DNA of 64,000 nt, from positions 1 through 64,000 of the IMG/VR virus record IMGVR_UViG_3300028394_002328. One strand, written 5' to 3'. This document shows, piece after piece, positions 52,959 to 60,800 of this stretch. Both the position numbers and the translations under genes were made by a program. How positions within the stretch are numbered: position 1 is the stretch's first letter; every line of letters starts with the position of its first letter. The notes beneath the pieces are model-generated. The model was given only the letters and a program-made list of their open reading frames with translations, made no database searches and was not told the DNA's origin.

Positions 52959-53526
52959 GTTTGAAACGGTTATAAAAGAATATTATAACAGCCCATATGC
53001 GGTTACAACTGATTGTTGTACCCACGCTATTGAACTATGTATTAGGTTATTAAAGCCAACTGAGGTATCATGTCCAAAACACACCTACCTAAGTGTTCCA
53101 ATGACATTTGAAAAATTAAATCTAGATTGGAGATTTAAAAATTTTAAATGGAATGATTATTATTATATAACTAATAATATTATTGATGCGGCAGTATATT
53201 GGAAGCCCGATGGATATATCCCTAATACATATATGTGCTTGTCATTTCAATTTAAAAAGCATTTAAATGTGGGTAGAGGTGGCATGATATTAACCGACGA
53301 TTATGAATCTTATAAAAAATTAAAAAAGATGAGTTATGATGGTAGGCTTCCCGATATTGCATGGGCTGAACAAGACGTAGACACATTGGGTTATCATTAT
53401 TATATGACACCTGAAACTGCTGAGTTGGGTTTAGATAGATTTCACGAAGTAAAGGACATTGAACCTAGACAATGGTCTTGGAAAGACTATCCCGACTTAA
53501 CAACAATGAGTGTATTCAAATGCTAA
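52942..53526 (+). CDS. DegT/DnrJ/EryC1/StrS-like PLP aminotransferase (short form)
   Basis: 'DCCTHAI', 'IIDAA', 'SFQFKKHL..GRGGMILTDD', 'GYHYYM'. Confidence 0.8.
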   Translation: MNPILEFETVIKEYYNSPYAVTTDCCTHAIELCIRLLKPTEVSCPKHTYLSVPMTFEKLNLDWRFKNFKWNDYYYITNNIIDAAVYWKPDGYIPNTYMCLSFQFKKHLNVGRGGMILTDDYESYKKLKKMSYDGRLPDIAWAEQDVDTLGYHYYMTPETAELGLDRFHEVKDIEPRQWSWKDYPDLTTMSVFKC

Positions 53527-54482
53527 GTAAAAACGAGTGGGATCCACTTAAAACCGTGATTGTTGGTATAGCAGATAATGCTACTAGACCAATTATATCT
53601 ACAAGCGTTAGGACTGTTAACTATGCTGATGTAAAAGATGTGAGTACGATTGAATGTGGTCCATATCCTGTACAAGTCATAGAAGAAGCGAATCAGGATT
53701 TAGAAACACTATGTGATTTTCTTAAGAAAGAAAACATTAAGGTATTACGCCCTGAAGCAAATCATCCTAGGTATTATAACTATTGCCCAAGAGATACGGT
53801 ATTAATACATGATGAATTAGTATTGGCTACACCAACTGCACTAAGTGAACGACGCCATGAATGGACTAGTTCTGCGAAGCATTTAAATATAGTTACAGTA
53901 GCACCTATACCAAATGATGATATAATTTATAATACTGAATGTATAGGTAATCCTGATATTTTAGCATTAAATGAAATAGATCCTTGTTTTGATGCTGCTA
54001 ATATTATTAGAGCAAATGAAGACCTTTATTATCTAGTTAGTAATACTGGTAATAAAAAAGGTGCAGAATACTTAAGGTCATTGGGCAAAACTGTACATAC
54101 TATTGAAAACGTATATAGTTATATTCATATTGATAGTACTATTGCATTTTTGCGTGAGGGTTTAATGTTGTTAAACCCAAAAAGAATTACGAATGTCAAA
54201 GAACAATTACCCAAATCATTGCATAATTGGGATATAATATGGGCTACTGAGCCAATAGATATTGGACATTACCCCGGTATATGCAATGCTAGTGTTTGGA
54301 TAAATGTAAATTTGTTATCTATCAATCCTAACTTAGTAGTTCTAGAAGAACACCAACACAATTTACGAATAGAATTAGAAAAATACGGTATTGAATCAGC
54401 AATGTTACCAATGCGTCATGCTAGAACATTAGGTGGTTGTTTTCACTGTGTGACATTAGATTTAGTTAGAGATGATAAATGA
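53520..54482 (+). CDS. Amidinotransferase (glycine/inosamine-phosphate amidinotransferase family)
   Basis: 'NEWDPLKTVIVG', 'CPRD', 'FDAAN', 'HIDST', 'GGCFHCVTLD' with Asp/His/Cys catalytic residues. Start 53520 preferred over 53472. Confidence 0.9.
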   Translation: MLSKNEWDPLKTVIVGIADNATRPIISTSVRTVNYADVKDVSTIECGPYPVQVIEEANQDLETLCDFLKKENIKVLRPEANHPRYYNYCPRDTVLIHDELVLATPTALSERRHEWTSSAKHLNIVTVAPIPNDDIIYNTECIGNPDILALNEIDPCFDAANIIRANEDLYYLVSNTGNKKGAEYLRSLGKTVHTIENVYSYIHIDSTIAFLREGLMLLNPKRITNVKEQLPKSLHNWDIIWATEPIDIGHYPGICNASVWINVNLLSINPNLVVLEEHQHNLRIELEKYGIESAMLPMRHARTLGGCFHCVTLDLVRDDK

Positions 54483-56200
54483 GTAAATGGCGTCGAGGAC
54501 ATGTTGGTAGATTTTGGTATACTGAAGAGGTTAAAAATCTTACATATATTAAACAACCGATAACTCAAGATGAAGTTGACCAATGGGTATCTAAAGGTTA
54601 TGATTACGTAAAGAGCTTTACGGGCAGCATGTATGATAATAAAAACCCAATGCCTGAATTTATTAATAGACTTAAAGATATCTTTTACAACTATAAAAAT
54701 CTTACGTTTACTTTTTATAAAATGAGTACATTGGAAATTATGCCTGAGCATTCTGATCACTATAATACATATATGAAATTATATGGGGCAGATTACAAAA
54801 ATGTACACCGCATCTTATTAATGTTAGAAGATTGGAAACCCGGACATTATTTAGAAATAGATGGCACTGGTATTATTAATTGGGTAGCAGGTGATTACTT
54901 TATTTGGGAAAATGATTGCAAACATGCTGCTGCTAATATAGGTGTAGAAGATAGATATACTTTACAGATTACGGCTGAAATACTTAGCGACAACTCAACT
55001 GACTATAAACTACATTGGTATAATATTCCTGATAGAGAATCAAAAACCGAATCATCTCAATACTATATGAATAGGGTACTAAACGGAGTAACTGATAATA
55101 TAAGAAATGAACCATTGTATATTTACATGCTTAATCAACAAATTGTTGAACTAGAAACAATAATACATGATCAAAGTACAGTACAGTATTTAAATGAAAA
55201 GGGTATTACATTTTATCTAACAGAACCATTATGCGGCTATACAAGATTACCTAGGAAACATACACTATCAATTTATTCAGAATTTAAAGGTGATGAAGAT
55301 TCTTCTGCTTTACGGGCAGACGAGTTAGATAGCATTAAAGAATATGTTATCAGAAATAAATTAACTAATGTTAATGTTTATACATGTGATTATGACGCTA
55401 AAACATATTATCCTTACTATAAATCTTTTATGAATATAGAAACAGATGATTTGTTTATTAGAACCATACCACAAAAAACAGTATTCCATACCAATGTCAA
55501 AGCTGCTTTTAATAAAAAATTTATTTGTTTAAATTGGAGATTTACTCCTCATAGGCAATTATTAGCCGCATACTTGTCTCAAAAATCTAGCACTATTAGT
55601 TGGTATTTTAGGGGAGATTTGCCTGTTGTAGGGCACTATAATTGGATTAGTATTTTTTCACTTAGAGACCCTAAATATTTTAATACTTTAATAGATGGCA
55701 TCACATATCTAAATGCTAACGCACCTCTGAGTGTTGACTTACCTGATGTAGAATCTATCTCTTTATATGATACTGCTCATGGCGAATTTATTCCTAATAG
55801 TCAAATACTGAATAATAGTTCCAATGAGATAATAGAAAATGCTTATTTGAATGTGTTTTGTGATATAGTTACTGAGTCTAGATTCGCTCAGCCAACTGGT
55901 AACTTTAGCGAAAAGGTATTTCACCCTATATGGTATAAAAAGCCTTTCGTATTGGCAGCGCCTCCTCATACACTAAAATATTTAAAAGAAGAAGGGTATA
56001 AAACCTTCAATGAATTTTGGGATGAAAGTTATGATGACTGTGAAAATCATGAAGAAAGATTAATGAAAATATTTGATGTAATAGATTTCATTGATAGTAA
56101 ATCTATAGACGAATTGCGTGAAATGTATGAGCAAATGAAGCCAATACTAAAACATAATTATGATTTAATAAAGCAAAAACTGCCCACAGTAGAAAAGTAA
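54479..56200 (+). CDS. 2OG-Fe(II)/cupin-type oxygenase-like domain fused to a GT10-like domain
   Basis: HxD...H motif ('MPEHSD...KHAAANIG..DRYTLQIT'); C-terminal 'DIVTES...FSEKVFHP...KPFV...DESYD'. Confidence 0.7.
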   Translation: MSKWRRGHVGRFWYTEEVKNLTYIKQPITQDEVDQWVSKGYDYVKSFTGSMYDNKNPMPEFINRLKDIFYNYKNLTFTFYKMSTLEIMPEHSDHYNTYMKLYGADYKNVHRILLMLEDWKPGHYLEIDGTGIINWVAGDYFIWENDCKHAAANIGVEDRYTLQITAEILSDNSTDYKLHWYNIPDRESKTESSQYYMNRVLNGVTDNIRNEPLYIYMLNQQIVELETIIHDQSTVQYLNEKGITFYLTEPLCGYTRLPRKHTLSIYSEFKGDEDSSALRADELDSIKEYVIRNKLTNVNVYTCDYDAKTYYPYYKSFMNIETDDLFIRTIPQKTVFHTNVKAAFNKKFICLNWRFTPHRQLLAAYLSQKSSTISWYFRGDLPVVGHYNWISIFSLRDPKYFNTLIDGITYLNANAPLSVDLPDVESISLYDTAHGEFIPNSQILNNSSNEIIENAYLNVFCDIVTESRFAQPTGNFSEKVFHPIWYKKPFVLAAPPHTLKYLKEEGYKTFNEFWDESYDDCENHEERLMKIFDVIDFIDSKSIDELREMYEQMKPILKHNYDLIKQKLPTVEK

Positions 56201-56203
56201 ATA
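56197..56203 (+). promoter_or_regulatory. Putative late promoter (GTAAATA)
   Basis: Overlaps the upstream stop; followed by AAGGAG RBS and ATG 56222. Confidence 0.45.
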
Positions 56204-56221
56204 CTTATAAGGAGCACATTT

Positions 56222-56320
56222 ATGTTTATATTTAAATGGATTAAGAATATTATCCGAGAATACAAATACCGTAAAAGAATTAAAGAATTACGCAAACGGG
56301 ATCCTTTCATATACAAATGA
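56222..56320 (+). CDS. Small basic peptide (32 aa) coupled to the carbamoyltransferase
   Basis: Translated by hand: MFIFKWIKNIIREYKYRKRIKELRKRDPFIYK*. AAGGAG RBS at 56209-56214; ATGA overlap with 56317. Confidence 0.75.
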   Translation: MFIFKWIKNIIREYKYRKRIKELRKRDPFIYK

Positions 56321-57798
56321 ACTATATAGGAATATCAGCAGGATTCCATGACGCTGCTATTAGTGTGGTAGACAATTCAGGCGACATACTATTTGCTGGG
56401 CATAGTGAACGGTATAGTAAGAAAAAACATGATAAAGACTTATGCCAAAAGTTACTTACGGACGCATTAAGTTACTGTAATTCAGAATCAATAGAGTATC
56501 ATTACTACGAAAGACCATGGTTAAAAGCACTTAGACAGTTACGTAGTGGTGAGGGTTTTGTTTGGCCAAGTTGGAAAAACTTATTAGGTCCCATCTATAA
56601 TCAAATGGGTAAACCAAAGATACATGTACATGGTCATCATCTATGCCATGCAGCAGCAGGATTTCAAACCAGTCCTTATAGTGACGCCACAGTTGTAATA
56701 ATTGACGCTATAGGTGAGTTTGACACTATGACGATTTGGGATGCTAGATATGACCTTATAACTGGCAAGGCTGCCTATGAGAAACTATGGAGTATGCAAT
56801 ATCCAAACAGTGTTGGCTTGTTCTATTCGGCCATGACTGAGCGAGTCGGATTGCGTCCACTAGATGAAGAATATATTCTTATGGGCATGGCTGCATATGG
56901 TCATCCTCATCATGTTGATAATATGTTTGATGCGTTAATAGATGACGATGACATATTGACCTTTAAACAGAACCTACATGTTGGGGTGAGCAAAGAATTT
57001 TTGAAAGATGCTAAAGAAACAGACATTGCTAGTAGTAGTCAACAGATAGCAGAGTATATGATAACTCTAGTTGTAAGCAAGGCTAAACGTTTAGGTAGAA
57101 GTAGAAATCTAGTATACGGTGGCGGTGTAGCATTGAACTGTTTAGCCAACAGATTATTAGGAAATATATATGAAAATATTTGGATTATGCCGAACCCTGG
57201 TGATGCAGGTAATAGCCTTGGTGCAGCATGTCTTGGCTATGGCACTAAACTTAATTGGAGTAATGCTTTTCTTGGCTATGATATCACTGGGGATTATCCT
57301 GTTCACAGGTTACTTGATAGTTTACTTACTGATAGGATGGTTGGTGTTGCGTCCGGTAGGGCAGAATTTGGACCGAGGGCCTTAGGTAATCGTAGTTTGT
57401 TGGCAGATCCTCGAGGTGATGATATCAAAGATAGAGTAAATGAAATTAAGCGTAGACAAAAGTTTAGACCATTCGCCCCTATCATTCTTGAGGAATATGT
57501 ACATGATTACTTTGACATGCCAAAGTCTTGGGGGAATAGTAGGTATATGCAAGTGATTGCTAACTGTAAATACCCTGATCAATTTCCTGCTATCGCACAT
57601 GCCGACAATACTAGTAGGGTACAAACAGTGCCCAAAGATGGATCGGGTATTAGAGAGTTATTAGAGAAATGGTACGTTATAACTGAATGTCCAATGTTGT
57701 TGAATACTAGTCTGAACATTCGTGGTGAGCCAATGGTCAATGACAGGACCGATGCTGACAGATTTGAAAAACTGTATGGGGTCAAAGTTCTGTCATAA
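56317..57798 (+). CDS. Carbamoyltransferase (NodU/CmcH/TobZ family)
   Basis: 'GFHDAA', 'HHLCHAA', 'DAIGE', 'MGMAAYG', 'GGVALNCLAN', 'EFGPRALGNRS', 'RQKFRPFAP', 'LLNTSLN'. Confidence 0.93.
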   Translation: MNYIGISAGFHDAAISVVDNSGDILFAGHSERYSKKKHDKDLCQKLLTDALSYCNSESIEYHYYERPWLKALRQLRSGEGFVWPSWKNLLGPIYNQMGKPKIHVHGHHLCHAAAGFQTSPYSDATVVIIDAIGEFDTMTIWDARYDLITGKAAYEKLWSMQYPNSVGLFYSAMTERVGLRPLDEEYILMGMAAYGHPHHVDNMFDALIDDDDILTFKQNLHVGVSKEFLKDAKETDIASSSQQIAEYMITLVVSKAKRLGRSRNLVYGGGVALNCLANRLLGNIYENIWIMPNPGDAGNSLGAACLGYGTKLNWSNAFLGYDITGDYPVHRLLDSLLTDRMVGVASGRAEFGPRALGNRSLLADPRGDDIKDRVNEIKRRQKFRPFAPIILEEYVHDYFDMPKSWGNSRYMQVIANCKYPDQFPAIAHADNTSRVQTVPKDGSGIRELLEKWYVITECPMLLNTSLNIRGEPMVNDRTDADRFEKLYGVKVLS

Positions 57799-57809
57799 GT
57801 AATTACATC

Positions 57810-60800
57810 ATGAGAGATGTATTTTATTACGGCGAAAAACCCAACGTTCATCCAAAAGAAAAATTTGCAACTTCAATAGAAGATGCTAGGCGTCAATCAA
57901 CGACAGAACATTTTTGGATAATCAATGAATTCTGTGACTATCGCAATTTTGATTGGGATTTTGATTTTGAATTCCTGCCCGATGAAGATGTATGGGCAGA
58001 AGACCATAACAATGTATGGCCTAGTCAACATCAAAAAGACAGTGGCACTTGGCTATGTTCAAAGAAAAACAGTGATATAATTATCTATCGTGCTGATGTT
58101 GACCCTGTTATTCGTAAGAATATAAAGAACGATCACTGGGTATTATTAGATTTAATTGATGAAAATAAATTTGATTTTAGTTGGCACCCTGATCCAACTG
58201 ATCCTCCTTATAATTATAAATGGGGATGTAAGTTTTTTCCAGTAGAATTACAGGCATGTTTAGAATATCGTATTGATGGTGCGTTCAAAACAAAATACAT
58301 GAAAGAAATTGTAGAATTGTTACCACAGTATGATAGATGGGTAGAAGTACAAGAGATAGATAAATTAGCATTTGATATGTCATGGAGACCCAATCCATTG
58401 GATCCCCCTATGAATTATATATGGGGTAACAAATATATTGATGGTAATCTACGTTCAACTCTAGAATACCGTATACCAGGTGCAATTGATACAAAATACA
58501 TGCCTGATTTAATTTCGGTAGTACCTGAATGGGATAAGTGGGTAGAAGTACAAAAAGTAAATAAGTCTACATTTGATTTTACATGGAGACCTGATCCACG
58601 TGAACCTGCGTATATCTATACTTGGGGTAACAAATATATCGATTCTGAGCTAAGGCCAACACTTGAATACCATTGTGAAGGGGCTACTGAACGCAAGTAT
58701 ATGTCTAATGATGTAGAGGTATTACCTGAATGGGATAAGTGGGAAATACTTCATCCTATAGATAAATCTACATTTAATTTTACATGGAGACCTGACCCTA
58801 GAGAACCAAATTTAAATTATGTATTTGGTAATAATCAGTATGACAGTACAAAAATGCCTACCATTATTTACAAAATGGAAGGTGCTACCGATGAAAAGCA
58901 TATGCCGAGTAATGCTAAATTGTTACCACAGCCTAACAGGTTTCAACATTTAGAAGATAGTTATGGCATAGATTATTCTTGGGTTCCTGATCCTACTAGT
59001 CCTCCTTATATATATGTTTGGGGTAATCAATGGAATAACCCTCAAGATAAAATATCTATTCAATATGTAGTTGAAGGAGCAACAGAATACAATTATATGG
59101 CAGAACGTGCTATTCGTAAGCCATGTAAAGATAATTGGGAAATACCTAACAATGTGGATATTACTGGGTTTGATTTTAGTTGGGAACCTAGTCCAGCAGA
59201 TCAACCTTATATCTATCAATTTGGCACTCAATGGCAAAAGACAGGTGGACCAAGATATCTAACACCTGGCGTACATAAAAATAGTGATGTTAAGTATGTT
59301 GATTTACAAAAAGTAAAAATGTTACCTAGTAAAGATAACTTCATTATCTTAGACAATGTTGTTGTAGATGATTTTGATTATAGTTGGCATTCCGATGAAA
59401 CAGAAGAGCCATACATATATGTATTTGGTAATAATTTATACTCTGCTGAAATTATGCCAACTATTCAGTATGTACCTAAAAATGCAGTCAGAGCAGCATC
59501 AGGCAAATCAATTGGACAAATAAAATATGTCAATGATATTATCGCTACGTTAGGAGAGAATAGAAATAATTGGGTAATTAATCAACCAATAGATGAAACT
59601 AAATTTGATTTTAGTTGGGTACCCAACCCCAAAGACCCAGCTTACATATACCGTTGGGGTAACAAATATATTTCTAATGTATATAAACCAACTATTGAAT
59701 ATATAGTTGAAGGTGCAACTGAAATAAAATACATGGACGACAGTGTTGCTGTATTACCCGAGTTTGATCGTTGGTATATCCCATCTAATATTGATGATAC
59801 TGGTTTTGATTATACATGGAGACCTGATCCACTAGAACCTGTATTAATTTGGCAATTTGGTACACAATGGCAAAAGACGGGCGGACCTAGATATACCATG
59901 CCTGGTGCCATTGAAGTCAAATATGTTAGTATACACAAGGTAAAAGCATTGCCTAATAAAGACAATTGGACTATACCTAAAAATATAGATATATCTAATT
60001 TTGATTTCAGTTGGCATCCTGATGATACTTCACCTCCTTACATATATAGGTTTCCCACTCAGTGGGCAATGAGTGGTGGTCCTATTTACACTGTAGTTGG
60101 AGCAACAGAAGTAAAGTATATAGATACCTTTAGGGCTAAAGCACTACCTAGTATAGATAATTGGGAATTCGATTCTAATAATATTGATTTGTCTAACTTT
60201 GACTTTAGTTGGCATCCATACGCAGAAGACGAGCCGTTCATATACCAATTTGGTACTCAATGGCAAAAGACAGGTGGTCCTAGATATTTAACTCCAGGAG
60301 TTCATAAAAATAGTCCTGTAAAATATATTGATACACGCATTATAAAAGCAAAAAGATTACCTAATAAAAATAATTTTATAATCATTGATAATAATGTAAT
60401 TGACAATTTTGACTACTCATGGCATCCTGATGAAACAGAGGAGCCATTTGTTTATATATTTGGTAACACTCAATATCCAGCCGAGATAATGCCTACAATA
60501 AAATATGTTGTAGAAGGTGCTACTCAAATAAAATATATTAATGATGTAGTTGCTGTACTAGGTGAAAATAAGAAAGTTTGGCATATCCCTGATAATATTG
60601 ATGATAGTTCATTTGATTATACTTGGGTGCCTAATCCCAAGGACCCGCCGTATATATACGAATTTGGTACGCACTGGCAAAAAACTGGTGGTCCAATCTA
60701 TGCTGTTAAAGATGCCACTGAAGTCAAATATATTGATTATCAAAAAGTAACCGCATTGCCTAATAAAGATAATTGGACTATACCTGGTAACGTGGATATA

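Noticed and set aside
50709-57798. Saxitoxin or aminoglycoside antibiotic biosynthesis cluster
   Set aside because: Only tailoring-family homologs are present; no SxtA-like PKS, DOI synthase, resistance or export genes.
31113-57798. Bacterial LPS/capsule locus or host contamination
   Set aside because: Contiguous with phage structural genes and shares their promoter motif and composition; no wzx/wzy/ABC transporter or membrane proteins.
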